A program made the position numbers and the translations under genes. DNA of 64,000 bases from Candidatus Omnitrophota bacterium (GTDB lineage: Bacteria; Omnitrophota; Gorgyraeia; Aquiviventales; Aquiviventaceae), in assembly GCA_016180575.1 (NCBI GenBank), contig JACPAY010000003.1:106154-170153 (forward strand), in the 5' to 3' direction. Of the stretch, positions 12,001 to 18,800 are shown piece after piece. Numbering within the stretch: the first letter of the stretch is position 1; every line of letters starts with the position of its first letter. Under the pieces are notes generated by a model. That model did no database searches, was not told where the DNA came from, and worked only from the letters and a program-made list of their open reading frames with translations.

Positions 12001-12762
12001 GGAGGGCAACTGCTCCACGACCGCGCGATTCGCCGCGTCAGCGGCCCGCTGGAGGGAGCGGGTGACCTCCTCGGTCATCCGCCGGATCTCCTGCATCGGC
12101 ATGCGGCGCATCGTGGCCAACGCGCCGCCCAATGACCCCATCCGCTCGTACGGATCAAACCGGAATCCCGGCTGCTCATGCCAGGCGCGCTCCACCGGAT
12201 AGCCCATCGGATCAGGCGCCGGCCCATCCGGAAGGAACGGCTCAAGGGCGTCTGGCGCGAGCTCCCAGTCCGTTTTTTGGAGGATCGTGAGGCGGGCGGC
12301 ATCGCCCGGCTTCGGCGCCACGAGGACCTGGATCCCGCCGCCGCCGAGCCCGCCGGGCACGGCCAGGCGATGCGCCTCGCGCAGCGCCGCCCGCTGCTGC
12401 TCGGGGGTCACGAAGCGGCCGGCGCCCAGCGCCGCCACCACGACGTGCTGGCTCTGCGGCGGCAGGCTGCTGGCGCCGGCCTGCCGGCTGACCTCCTCCG
12501 TCAGGCCCTGGGCATGCCGGACCGTGAGGCTGAGCTCCCGCAGGGCGGATGACGGCTCGACCTCCGTCAACCGCAGCCTCGAGCCCGCCTTCAGGACGCC
12601 AGGCTCATCGGCCAGACGGACCCATGCCGTCGCCAGCCAGGAGGGGCCGGCGGCGAGCGACGTGATCTGGAGCACGCCGTTAGACTCCAGCCATCCGCTG
12701 GCCTGGAGGGCCTCGACCAGCCTGACGACGGCCCGCTCGTAGGCATGCGCCGTCAGGCCCAT
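1..12762 (-). CDS. Second giant multidomain ORF2, partial (C-terminus beyond the left window edge; at least 4,254 codons in-window)
   Basis: Hand translation of the minus frame whose codons occupy + positions 3k+1..3k+3 found no in-phase TTA/CTA/TCA from 13272 down to 1. The last stop in this frame is the one that ends track ORF 13273..13458(-). ORF2 is absent from the track presumably because its own stop lies left of position 1. The first ATG after the ORF1 stop is 12760-12762 (MGLTAHAYERAVVRLVEALQ...). Minus-codon third positions are 20/20 G/C in sampled lines 12061-12120 and 8581-8640. Caveat: segment 10904-11739 does not look coding on this strand. Confidence 0.7.
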   Translation of the reverse strand, partial: MGLTAHAYERAVVRLVEALQASGWLESNGVLQITSLAAGPSWLATAWVRLADEPGVLKAGSRLRLTEVEPSSALRELSLTVRHAQGLTEEVSRQAGASSLPPQSQHVVVAALGAGRFVTPEQQRAALREAHRLAVPGGLGGGGIQVLVAPKPGDAARLTILQKTDWELAPDALEPFLPDGPAPDPMGYPVERAWHEQPGFRFDPYERMGSLGGALATMRRMPMQEIRRMTEEVTRSLQRAADAANRAVVEQLPSAIRRDAKGPLTDRIRRHFAGAGRQAEREALAGALRRIRDDYQAVAAEPLRFASPADVRAHESVLAFLDGLLDAVGQPSTPHVAAPPAGNEAKGEGPGVGGTARLAEGRDGLELKPGGATSPVQSKPGAVEAAGPAKDQRDLIGPGQHGPEDQARGDTAGIQQAPGDTGQIGAELRGVAGDDAAQGQRREALDTQGGPQREGEQGIGGAGVQDRHMVVAPATGLAESNSREQAVQEEPVVGAAGPEVQRAVDLKGDAHNRYEFLTPQTDGGYAASPPADALSPAPDSGEGLPPGPVGEQTPPIGSDTVAPTRHSGPMPSHSPAEAVGERGLRESASSVSSSSAPPATTVASDADGVKPTADASNARPAAPPAADATLEAQVDRVVLADERRDEGADRQGTPRKPLAYFRPIIRELLRAYGSIERMKGLKGLELGPRGDTLALLEFLRGQGVDIEGVGDEVPSSQDRPYLHQVRDYTDYAKHVEASSLDFIVARFALDPPSGLAHDMGVDETTALRRRYRPLVRALKPGGLLVIAHPQWEDELHVTFEAALDRLGLEKVIKYDEPARSEYAYTIADPQPEEWEITVLVLQRKQPLPPSGRDPAAAPPATGDVASAIKTLQQALDDAAGALDAAATPPMTLSPSRLSPITNALHQIPTRSSSLPALQARRALECRLGGWRVIFGHWLAGDLVSTIPEIASANGQIRIRLLIDRQQPTNALVLAIRGRELFLYHTLSHQSSYDQLAEDQPRQVIPSSRMLSYPAVQTFIDRVLLNYFGDPKIRQAVVANERHRTAYPASGGQIRFTPVEFGLPKTFQRTWSFLPAVLERVREKSGDTGNRFMALAEKNDPQRYFFFLGTPTRVILFDQERELTSYARVGALSRVAHDVYVDTFLLEVMNRHAEWRTRPITDPNGLGKHLAVGERQSTGVMLTFYRQEPLEAEAPGFIDRWGWAPASRIQHSNGTTVAVFHIAPHQLLLEGPRKLTEESANILILLGDYFYMPHMVLDLSSHPLLDPALVTAFGHTPPEGTRQSSKHYVVVETPRRVRAHIDGRWTTRGVSFVVEQGSVWEQLAHRAAAGEDVPELANLESVSKSDRLPAAPPAVENMVSDTDFPPSALERKPFSIREHLEWGVLFGGAAAGLGAVFGIDPSEPITWLTGYAGFAGLLALVTGFLGILGTVWAPQDLPKDPMALAGAVPAWADRDAWQHVQRWQRARGATGWIRLLRQHGELALTAPTTGEMHFVPWLVARSHSRRFAAVRRLLLPLVLAREHDRLLDLAAPTAFLLKPLLLLLDLHDVLFPRRTFLRRLAREAAHHIGGGREPTLVARQMLANYVAQQAARRLVAGRRFRHAAEQAVRFHMDYPHASVQHREFQAGEWSRWYRLNALEQRLLRLSLGLDWPGGTSPDQSAWPAAHDEPGNRTGPHRRLLSLLLIPALLFSYGFAGMAPQDPFADAIVLRLPLEWTAAVLALLVITGFFTHRRNQGKEPLTSLPGWWRGRYVEHESLGMGQVVGAPESRGLQHYLPVEFLEDRQRLTVNSAALSPVPLKDVEQHPHLINAAFVSSLLSVRQLAEALPAPRSSLHSAIRHGRLQPDMMVPQGRHPRSFFDPARVPTLRERFKPLAPKGFVSIEKMAELLGVPAEVLRDAIKRGEVDPPDLVQPHGKRTYQYFRRGRLRALRAVLKPFRLPGFFLASELAGAIGVSEGTILVAMRHQELRPDRIVPRGRHTYYYFSRRRLPAIRKRLTVDAEDLYLASEVARLVGVSPSTMSSAIKDGLKPDRQLKRRKHTHYYFKKERLEEIRALLKRSPPQGQGGAHPLAGTDAPPQARSRAPARYPWDFEHRGADDVLHHPFNPRRSSSMVRFASGADAPSSQAPMDMRRIIKRLLGRLIPTVSSPKLTEALSILWSPAHLGAHWESIAMSLQLMTTRYPSLRFADLAEFKRFLDWVKQLRRAHRGGELTPRLNRLAQRGFAEPRPWNEPPESVHPQRGTTPSALAHLFHGRWAWLKEGKLSGRVPTEPVRWAHFLSGMPWTTRGPPALAGLAVNLLISLPFVLLWALGLIEIAPDSWLAAHLLLNAAVIAAELLAWPLGPSLGVGQEADLRRAWAPDPGGRRRWPAAALAGALTLGLLAYQHVNFSGMPPSPYVPGLLVGWGGLKLQFWLATLLGDYGPGWRVATYIRLLHVGLPLLELTAAWALLKLGLWLRRARQPAPTFVSSAWLGVSAALVLYAVGRPVLDLLAMALDVSPTYYIGYMAAFWWAGIPVGTAPPWRVTLLAALATAGYAGTAYGLVWVGQRGLRLLGSAWRRVRIFTAPLPDGLPPRRPLAVFIVGDDAAVAEHLLRRMQAAINARGKVLIAVPFGETPKPVYKALLEAAASERHAKFPWSQVWLVNVDEYAGLARKDPGSAASQLREELIEPLKRLKRSPLKEEHVHLFKGDRSGLHKEAAEMEAFIREQGGIDIALLGIGRGPAWWLYRSGRWMVAVPGLRVVHAFLLTLFRSIHLGFNETGSPVDSPTRIVRLHPASRRANHVRHDFAVTLGLGTLRDAREVIVIAKGEHKRSAVDLAVRGPVSLGIPAGLLQRAAGEVTVFVDEEAAPPGVGQPYEAPLPSPVPETPATEEEAPLDPVALMNAAVAVLNREDAAPEELEQALALAQQALQMVEGAPGRVELPAVICLYNIGLVCMRLDRLEDAKDALKRAEQQGRAIPLDVNARLNIWLRLGSVFAALGEDEAAEERFQMVREAAEGLLANKPTRPKGPGRDIPKAQWDVIRRGHVEERNRLLDVVRDRLAEAERLSAMLREAQAEEAEPPPVPEPAPAPLMVRPAPPLLETLREASVPPNSIRLIKETPEQLREVFEAIRPAPMPPARLLAESVGPPEPLMLRPALTVLESLSQAPPPPAWALELQTAGTLEQLQEALEAGQPPRVPPDRLLGEPAMEGPEARERRVIEEQLGFSLGDGGLFERLRDQTEGVADYAELIRSDPSLASDEAKREMLGELLGATAPAPAVAAAPAGEGTVTVSLTPPKGKFPGLRPLSRTTRDEIGGKISVRPPLHPGGKAAVRDILGDVRRALTGHKEREALARDLADGQGRLREPHLFLGEMDVTSEPDRLVSAKKTLTLMVEEGARGGKRVALLGTAAALIPAVLDDPAWILWGIAADLAAWGVGAWLTSWARYRQEDSPPARAYKRIKAAFEAAEPGTRIALELTHAELGIASSLAQQLGFEYQGAIGKGQHLYIKKRSEGQGPSEPPMATAAWAHAPKALPESLSGAAPGLYIGEAPADRLRMEELADLRAQAFAVSQGERTGLTLRGRAISLTVRRLSAGERELVALLPAGWGGAAGLSDDALGALLQEALDGVPAAERAQLDPAQPLLVLPARHLIGEDGTDHLAGDHIQNGLLVLHETLPKVRRDLNAARYPLGDAFCNVLLRHELRHEATGLSGEAVEERFALDDAQQLAASLHRYLPLAEAADLLLSRGLLSYPFYTRLTRGRDLEVARRSLHLAWVEHPPKVGRDQLGWLLWGWTWVYQLAVRWWLVRVRGLGHLPLPKSQRFLIASNHLLYGFEGAVIASEVVLRDGRFPRFLANPSQYRLGRLAQWLTNWGGAVVISSPREAMQTVLAHLRQPGAVVGFFPAGRPYPSLDEDLRHWKTGVVRAARQAGVPIVPAYVSLRLGLRPVTIAFGPPIDSTDAQGRDKSADELLREVKEAVRHLASPSFRLEAKDVPPELTRLASARFLETPVFVPASFWEAEQAFDVTVMDLPWGLLRDVKPRYLSYVKTVLSLRQAWTSRALTRGEVRRLRQSLDELRRALAQDGVQHEVSQSVRDQAMKLLLALRTAEPRLYGVEGPADEPLEVIGIVDREERLYVPQSPARYVRADDPRARLAVGDPQLTKTRFICVRPWEMEGDLATRVIPGRPMETVRVPLSDHSAITVRVASQEYDRLRHETWDVLLASVFASPIVFLRREDEERLRLLAHEALNALQVHPGDRVAVVGVGTGVEWLLAMLG
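940..1400 (-). other. ORF2 PlsC/LPLAT-like acyltransferase module
   Basis: FLIASNHLLYGFEG is an NHxxxx block with the usual Asp not in register. VVGFFPAGRPYPS corresponds to the FPEGTR block. AARQAGVPIVPAYV corresponds to the PIVPV block. Confidence 0.45.
1590..1910 (-). other. ORF2 HExxH module (fourth copy of the ORF1 A/B/C family, shorter)
   Basis: GDHIQNGLLVLHETL...FCNVLLRHELRHEATG...EAVEERFALDDAQQLAASLHRY. The LLRHExxH core (1711-1750) and the preceding DH...LH block parallel ORF1 modules A-C. Confidence 0.45.
3790..4110 (-). other. ORF2 TPR-like repeats
   Basis: AVICLYNIGLVCMRLDRLEDAKDALKRAEQ and NARLNIWLRLGSVFAALGEDEAAEERFQMV fit the 34-aa TPR pattern. Confidence 0.5.
4225..5040 (-). 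other. ORF2 NagB / 6-phosphogluconolactonase-family (sugar-phosphate isomerase/deaminase) module with an insertion
   Basis: VLIAVPFGETPKPVYKALL; WLVNVDEYAGL; GGIDIALLGIG, then a ~33-aa insert, then IHLGFNETGSP; then AVTLGLGTLRDAREVIVIAKGEHKRSAV...GIPAGLLQ...VTVFVDEEAA. The order and spacing follow the NagB/Pgl family. Confidence 0.6.
5100..5930 (-). other. ORF2 polytopic membrane region
   Basis: Hydrophobic helices LAGLAVNLLISLPFVLLWALGLIEIA, WLAAHLLLNAAVIAAELLAW, LAGALTLGLLAY, LLELTAAWALLKLGLWL, AWLGVSAALVLYAV, YYIGYMAAFWWAGIPVG and VTLLAALATAGYAGTAYGLVWVG. Confidence 0.55.
6601..7320 (-). other. ORF2 four tandem 60-aa helix-turn-helix (excisionase/MerR HTH_17-like) repeats, period exactly 180 nt
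   Basis: R1 is LLSVRQLAEALPAPRSSLHSAIRHGRL...SFFDPARV. R2 is FVSIEKMAELLGVPAEVLRDAIKRGEV...TYQYFRRGRL. R3 is FFLASELAGAIGVSEGTILVAMRHQEL...HTYYYFSRRRL. R4 is LYLASEVARLVGVSPSTMSSAIKDGLK...HTHYYFKKERL. Confidence 0.6.
8704..8719. repeat. 16-nt direct repeat, copy A (GGCGGGCGGCGCGGCA)
   Basis: Exact 16-mer, read in the ORF2 frame as A-A-P-P-A (context SDRLPAAPPAVENM). Confidence 0.85.
8720..10182 (-). other. ORF2 cassette 1: ~490-aa module of unknown function, lower GC
   Basis: Protein-like translation (…RYFFFLGTPTRVILFDQERELTSYARVG…ANILILLGDYFYMPHMVLDL…) with no family recognised. It is bounded exactly by repeat copies B and A. Confidence 0.4.
10183..10198. repeat. 16-nt direct repeat, copy B (GGCGGGCGGCGCGGCA)
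   Basis: Exact 16-mer, 1479 nt (493 codons) from copy A. Context in ORF2 is RDPAAAPPATGD. Confidence 0.85.
10199..10887 (-). other. ORF2 cassette 2: class I SAM-methyltransferase-like module, lower GC
   Basis: LKGLELGPRGDTLALLEF is motif-I-like. SSLDFIVARFAL and RALKPGGLLVIAHP follow. The module is bounded exactly by repeat copies C and B. Confidence 0.5.
10888..10903. repeat. 16-nt direct repeat, copy C (GGCGGGCGGCGCGGCG, 15/16)
   Basis: 15/16 identity, with G instead of A at the last base. It lies 705 nt (235 codons) from copy B. Context in ORF2 is ARPAAPPAADA. Confidence 0.8.
10934..10962 (+). promoter_or_regulatory. Sigma70-like promoter for the + strand two-gene cassette
   Basis: TTGACA (10934-10939), a 17-nt spacer, then TACAGT (10957-10962), immediately upstream of the AGGAGG/ATG of the DUF5678-like gene. 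Confidence 0.4.
10969..10974 (+). promoter_or_regulatory. Shine-Dalgarno site (AGGAGG)
   Basis: Perfect AGGAGG located 5 nt upstream of ATG 10980. Confidence 0.5.
10980..11246 (+). CDS. Small DUF5678-like protein (88 aa from the preferred start)
   Basis: Track ORF 10953..11246. The in-frame ATG at 10980 is preceded by AGGAGG (10969-10974) with a 5-nt spacer. The sequence MKTKRKTPIRVTLFPQPLQRDYDWAWAHYGELGRRYPNQWVAFAHRRVLAAGPRLNRVLEKAHQQ... fits the small DUF5678-type pattern. Stop TGA is at 11244-11246. Third-position G/C is clearly higher on this strand than on the antisense ORF2 frame. Confidence 0.55.
   Translation: MKTKRKTPIRVTLFPQPLQRDYDWAWAHYGELGRRYPNQWVAFAHRRVLAAGPRLNRVLEKAHQQVDWPHIPHLFVESGIHIYYAHHP
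11230..11670 (+). CDS. Retropepsin-like (clan AA) aspartic peptidase
   Basis: Track ORF 11203..11670 starts at TTG; the internal ATG at 11230 (MRITLEVHR...) is preferred and overlaps the upstream gene by 17 nt. It carries the D-T-G-A active-site motif in hydrophobic context (HVAILDTGAPYSLLP) and a C-terminal LILGWAGCLDRARL pattern typical of single-domain retropepsins. In lines 11341-11460 the + third positions are 18/20 and 19/20 G/C, against 12/20 and 14/20 for the antisense frame. Stop TAA is at 11668-11670. Confidence 0.55.
   Translation: MRITLEVHRTLDLGASRTHHRLFLYRLLTRVRFRQARGWSDYHVAILDTGAPYSLLPLSLWPALRVERLTTLPLRGIVPGHTAELRADLARVSGRLLDARRVSPRLILWAMLARTDEVPLILGWAGCLDRARLGLDGRRRSAWLEF
11740..11755. 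repeat. 16-nt direct repeat, copy D (GGCGGGCGGCGCGGCA)
   Basis: Exact 16-mer, 852 nt (284 codons) from copy C. Context in ORF2 is TPHVAAPPAGNE. Confidence 0.85.
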
Positions 12763-12805
12763 CCCGAGCCGGACCTGCGCCTCAGTGCGTTCGACGAGCC
12801 CGCTG

Positions 12806-15800
12806 TCAACGCACCTCCTCGTCGTAGAGGGCATGCCGGACGATCGAATCTCGGAAGACGTCAAGCGGCTCTCCCAGCCGCTCCGCCGACGCCCGGACAT
12901 CGCCCTCGGCGGCCCGCAGCGCCTCCACTCGCGCAGCGACCGCCCGCTGAACCTCCGCAAGTTCGGTGGCATAGTCGCGCACCTGCTGGAACCGCCACAG
13001 GCCGGGATGATCCGGATAGGGGGCAAACCGATAGACCCGCTTGACGCTGTCCGGCCGCCACTCGCTTGCCTGGGTCGTCCACACCACGTCTTCCCCAAGC
13101 CCAGGATCGAACCGCTTCACAACCCTCGCGACCCCTGGCTGGAACGCGCCAGTATGCAGCGAGGTTCTGAGGTCGCTCCTGCCGAGATGGAACCACAGCC
13201 TCCCATGACCTGTGGTGGGCACCTGGAAGTCGAGGTCGGGAAACAGCCCCGGCCGCCTGGCATCCGGGCTGGTCAGCTGGGCGCGCAGGGCGCGCATCCC
13301 CAATTCGCTCTCGGTCGGCTGGGGGGCCGCGGGCTCCTCGGCGGCCGGCGGCTCCTCTGCTGCCAACGCAAGAGGTTCGGGCGCGGCGGCGGGTTCCGGC
13401 GCCGCGGGCTCAGGCGCGCGGGCATCCGCCGGCGCGGGCGCCGTCGGGCCTGCCTCATTGAGCAGCTGCCGCAAATACGGTTCCCGCTGGATCGCTTCCT
13501 GCATCAGCCGATCGAACCAGAGGCTCTTCGCGGACCGCCCGTCTTCCTCCGTCATCAACAGCGCCAGGCCCTTGGCCAGCGCGACGCTGTTATAGAGCCC
13601 ATGGACGAAGACGTTGGCGGCCACGGCTCCCAACAGCCGGATGAGACCAGGCGGGAGGCTCGGGAGCTCGATGACATTTGCCAGCGCCTCATAGCCCGCC
13701 ACGCCGAACAACGCGCCCGCAACCGTGGCCGCGGCGATGAGGCCGAACCCGATCCAGCGCTGGCGTCGGGCCATTGCGACGCGCTCTCTGGCCTCCCGCG
13801 CGGCGTCCCAGAGCCGATCGACCGCCGCGTCCCGCAACGATCGGGGGGCGCCGGCCAGGTAGAGGGCGACGTGAAGCTGGACATCCCAGAGATCCAGTCG
13901 AGGATGCAGCAACAGGAAGACTTGCGCGAGCTTCTCCGCCTCCTCGACGCTGAGCCCCGGCAGGGTTTCCTGCAGGGTTCGAGCTAGATCGGTGAGAGGC
14001 TTCCCCAATGGATGCGCATTGAGGTAGCGCCCGCCGGTGAAGGTGGCCATGTGCCAGATGGTCCGCGGGAACTCGATGAGCGCCGCGAACCACACGGCGA
14101 TCAACTGGACCCAGGCAGACCACGCCGCCACCTCCGCCGGCAGCGGCCGGCCGGCCCGCGCGAAGAGCCAGCCTGCCAGGAGCCGGAATGCGGTCACGCT
14201 CCCCGGAAGCATGAGGATCGGTGGAGCGGATTCTGCGGCAGATGGACGGACGTCGATGCGCACGCGGGCGCTGACCCGCTCACCGGGAGCCAGGATGACC
14301 GGCGTGGACTCGCCGAGGCCGGCTGCATGGAGGTTCATCGCATCGGTCGCGGACGTCTGGGGCTCGACCGAAACAAACTCCTCGCCCTCCGGCACCCACA
14401 CGACCGTATGGGTGAAGAGCGGATCCTGCCGGATCTCGACGCGGCGCCCTTGCGGGTCCTCCAGCACCGAGACGATCTCCCCCTGTTCATCCGGCTGCAA
14501 CCGGGTGAAAACATGGTCTAGGCTGCGGCCCTCCAGGAGGGTTAGGGCGCGCAGGTCCCACGACGTGCCTTCGACCGGTACAGGCGCCTGCGGCAGCGGC
14601 ATCCGCTCGGCGTCCGCCTGCCAGACCGAGGCGCCGGGCACCGCGAGCCGCCAGCGTCCCCGGTCGGGCGTCCGAAACCAGGGATGGAACCCGAAGCTCG
14701 CGACGCGCCGCCGCCGCACATCGTCATTGACCACCTCCACCTCGATCGCGAGCCCGCTGCTCGTGACGCGATACGTGAGCGTCGGATGCAGCGGGCCGAA
14801 GAACCGCGCCATCTCCTGGGCGCTCTCCGGCGTCAGGGCCAGGCGAATGAAGCTCCCCTGCGCATCCTGTCCGGATTCGAGCACGGTCCAGCGGGCGCGC
14901 ATGGCCATCCCGTGCAGCGCATGCGGACCCAGCATCCGCACCAGCGGAGAACCCCTGACGTCCACATGCTCGCCGTCGAAGGTGAACTGCCCATTGCCGA
15001 GCCGGTTCGCCCAGGGCCCCAGGAACGGCAGGCCGCCGTCCTCGGCGAGGTCATCAGGCTGATGCAGCAGCTCCACCCCATCGACCACGAAGGAGGTCAC
15101 CTTCCCGCCGAGCTCCGGCGCCACTTCGATAAACGTCCGGCCGGTCGGATCGGCCGCGCGGATGACCGCGCGTCCCCCCAGCCACTGGCGCCAGGCGGCA
15201 CGGTCTTCAGCCGGCACGCCGAGGCTGTCCAACAGCTGCCCGCGCGCCGCCTCGGTCGGCAGCCGGAAGCTCACCGGAATGGGAACGCGCGGCTCTGCCA
15301 CCTCCAGCAGCCAGCCGAGATAGCTGCGCATCGACTCCAGCGCATTCTGGCGAGCCGCGTCCTCCAATGCGGAGAACTTGCGGAGACCCTTGAAGGTCTC
15401 GCTGTAGCCCTCCAGAGGCTGAAGGAGCCTGATGCGGACCTCCTCGATCGGTTGTCCGCGGAACTCCAGCGGCGTCTTCAGCGCAAGCTGGAGGAGCCGG
15501 TCCTCCGGGAATGCCACCTGGCGCACCTCGCTGGACCGCAGCGCCCGCACGTGAGCGGTCAAGAAGTCGCGCAGCGATGCCACCGCCGCCTCCCTGGTCT
15601 CATCCGGCACAAGGCCCCAGGCGCCAAGGCGCTCATCCTGTTCCGCGCTCTCCGAGGTCACGCTCAAGATGATCCGCTCTTCCGGCTGCCGCCGGCTGAA
15701 CGACTCACGCAGGGCGGACGGCAGGTCGTCCCCCGCCGCAATGACGAAGGCCTGAGGTTGGGGTGCGGCGGGCGGAGGCTGAGGCGCCGCGACCGGCTCA

Positions 15801-18800
15801 TGAACGGGACGCACGCGCTTGCGGTCCCACGCCGCAGCTTGAGCGGCCTGGCGTGCGCGCGCCACGCGCCGCCGCCAGGCGCGGAGGCCGACCGCCGCCA
15901 CGGCCAATCCGGCTCCACCCAGCAGCGTCCCCTGCCACTCATCCCACCACGTCGTATCTGACGAGGGCAGCGGCTGGCGGACCGGAGGCCCCGGCTGGCC
16001 TCGCGGGATTACCACCCCAGGCGCTGGCGGCTCCGGCGTCGCCCGTAACCCGCGAGGCGCCTGAGGGGCTGCGGGCGGCGCCTGGCGCTGCTCCCAACTC
16101 CGCAGGTCGGCGGCCAACTGCTCCCGGTGGCGTGTCAGCTCTGCGACGAACTCCGGCGAGCGCGCCAGGACCGCCTCGATCGCCTGGAGCTCGCGTTCCC
16201 TCCTCATGATCTCAATGGTGAATGCCGGCTGGGGATTCTGTGCAGCGGCGATTCGCAGCGCCTCCAATGTCGAGCGGTTGACCTCGCGCTGCTGCACGTG
16301 CCGGATGACGCGGTCCGTCAGGTCCAGGCTGCGGCGATACGCCAGCGGGGTTTCCTTCGCCAATTGCCCCATCTCATTTGCGCGGCTCCGAAGCTCCAAG
16401 AGCACCATGTGAAAGCCCCGGATCACATCCGCGGCCAGATGGGAGTCGCTGTCAAACGCTTCGGGATGGAGGATGAGGACCCGCTGGCGCGGATCGGACA
16501 CGCCAGGGACCAGCACCCCGACATGTCCCTGCCCGCCCTGAAGGGGGTTCGCCGTGCCCGGGAGCATGCCCTCGCGGGCTTGGTGCGCCAGCAGATCGCC
16601 CTTCTCTAACCGGAATGGCACGGGTCCGGAGAGCACTCTGGAGTCGGCAGGGTCGAGCAGCGGCTCAACCAATCGCCAGATCCGGTCAAACCGCCGCAGA
16701 TCGTTGTCGCTGAACCCAGGCCCCAGCGGCAGCTGAAGCTGCGCCTCGCTCCGACCGGCTCCCGCCAGCCCCGCCGCGACCGCTCCACCGACGAAACTCA
16801 GGAACTTCCGGCGCGTCCAGCGACCGGGGAGTGGCTGCGCGGCGGCGGAGCCCCGCCTGGCCACAACCAAGAGGAGTGCCAGGAGCACCCCATCAAGTGC
16901 CAGGCCGAGCCACGGGTGCCCCACCGCGATGCCGGCCGCGAAGAAGAGACCGAGGGCTTTTTTGCCCGGCAGGCGCGGCGGGGGTGAGGCATCGTCGGCG
17001 CTTGGTGGAAGCGTCCATTCCAGGTCCAAGCCGCGTCCCGATAATGAGATCACGGTCAACTGGTACACCCCAGGAACGTCCGTCTTGGAGACGGAGAGCT
17101 CGAAGCGTCCAACGACCGCGAGGGGCTCATTGAACCTGAATGGTTTGCCCGGATCGTCCGGCTGGATCGCCCGAGTTGTCGGATAGAGGCGGAACCAGGG
17201 CACGCCGCCCTGCATCCAGACCCGGTAGCGATGCTCGCCCATTGTCAGCAGCACGTCCTGCTTGCCGTCGAAGAGAATGGTCTGGACCGGCTCGAGGTCT
17301 TCCGTCCCGCCCACCCTGGCCACGCGCGAGCGGCCCATCCAGGCCAGCAGCGGGAAACCCCTGTTCCCTCGCTTATGCCGCTCCACGATTCCGTGGATCA
17401 GCGGGCGCTCGCGCTCCATCGCCTGGCGGGCGAGCGACAGCGGCACCTCCTCGAACGCCCCCTCCTTGCTGTGATGACGGATCACCGTCAGACCATTGAA
17501 CGCCTCCTCCTCGGTCAAGAGCCGCTCGGCGAGCAAGGCCGCCTCGGCGGAGGGCGAGTTCCGCGCCGGATGCGCGGCATGCCACAGCTCCTGGGCAGCG
17601 AGGTACTGCCGATAGTCAGCGTAGGGATGGCCGTCGCGCACGAACACCGGTGCGCCACCGGGATTCGCATCGCCTTGGAGGTGGAAGTGTTCGTGTTCGA
17701 GCACCCCCTCCGTGAGGTTGGCAGTGTGGTCCGGATGGTCCACCACGAACCGCAGGAGATGGCGCGGAAGGAAGATGGTCGGCTGGCCTTCCCCGCGGCT
17801 GCGCTGCTGGCTGCCGGCATGCGCGAGCAGCTCTCCGCGCTGAAACGCCTGATGCGGCCCTATCCCAATCACGTACCGGTACTGCCAGAGGCCGTGGCGG
17901 TTCGAGTAGCGGATGGCGTCTCTTAAGAGCGTCAATTCCTGGTGGAGCGCCGCCCCCGTCAGCTTCAGGAGGTCGGCAAGGTCCCGCTGCGCATTCGGGC
18001 CCAGCTCCAAGCGGCCCTGGAAACCCTCCAGCAGCCTGGCAGCTTGCTCCTCATCGGTTATGGGGTTGAAGTAGTAGTCGAGGTCGTGCGCGGAAAAGTC
18101 AATGGCGACCGCCTCGCCCACCTCAATCTCCTGGCTCCAGATCTCATTGACTTGTTCATGCGGCAGATCGGCCAGGCTCTTTTCGCTGCCGGCGGAGCGC
18201 AGCATCTCCTCGACCTCATGGTCTATCACCGTCGTCTGCAGCACCCGCAGGGCTTCCCATGCCGCCCGCTGGACGGCCGGATCCCGATCCTCCATGGCCT
18301 CCTCCAGGAGCGGCAGCACCTCAGGATGCCGCCGTCCCAAGAGGCCGGCCACCGCCTCCAGACGGACATCCGCATCTTTATCCATCAGCGCCCAGCGCAG
18401 CCGTGCGATCACGCGTGAATCGCGCATCGTCCCCAACAACTGCACCGCGGTCTTCCGCACGCTCGCGTCAGGATCTGTCCGGATGGCCCGTCCCAGCTCG
18501 TTGATCGCGTCCTCCGCCGCCTCTTCGCCGCCCAGCTTCACAAGCGCGCGCGCCGCCTCACGCCGGACGGCAGGATCAGCGGCGTGGTTCCTCAGGGCGC
18601 GCGCATAGCTTTGCTGAAGCCAGCCAATCACCAATGGCTGCAGCCGGTTGCCTGAGTGGAACCTGGCAGCGGCCTCCAGGCGGCTCGACGGATCCCGGAA
18701 CCAGTCCAGCTGGTGGAAGAGCTCCGGCAGATCGGTCATCTTGTAGCTGGTCGGCGCCCGGTCCGCCGCAGCCCGGAGCGCGTCGCGGATGGCGCTGGGG

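Noticed and set aside
12763-12805. Rho-independent terminator or programmed frameshift signal between ORF1 and ORF2
   Set aside because: No GC-rich hairpin followed by a T-tract was seen, and no slippery heptamer was noticed near the ORF1 stop.
12785-13987. 400-aa + strand ORF spanning the ORF1/ORF2 junction
   Set aside because: It is antisense to the ORF1 C-terminus and has junk-like composition (R/G/P-rich).
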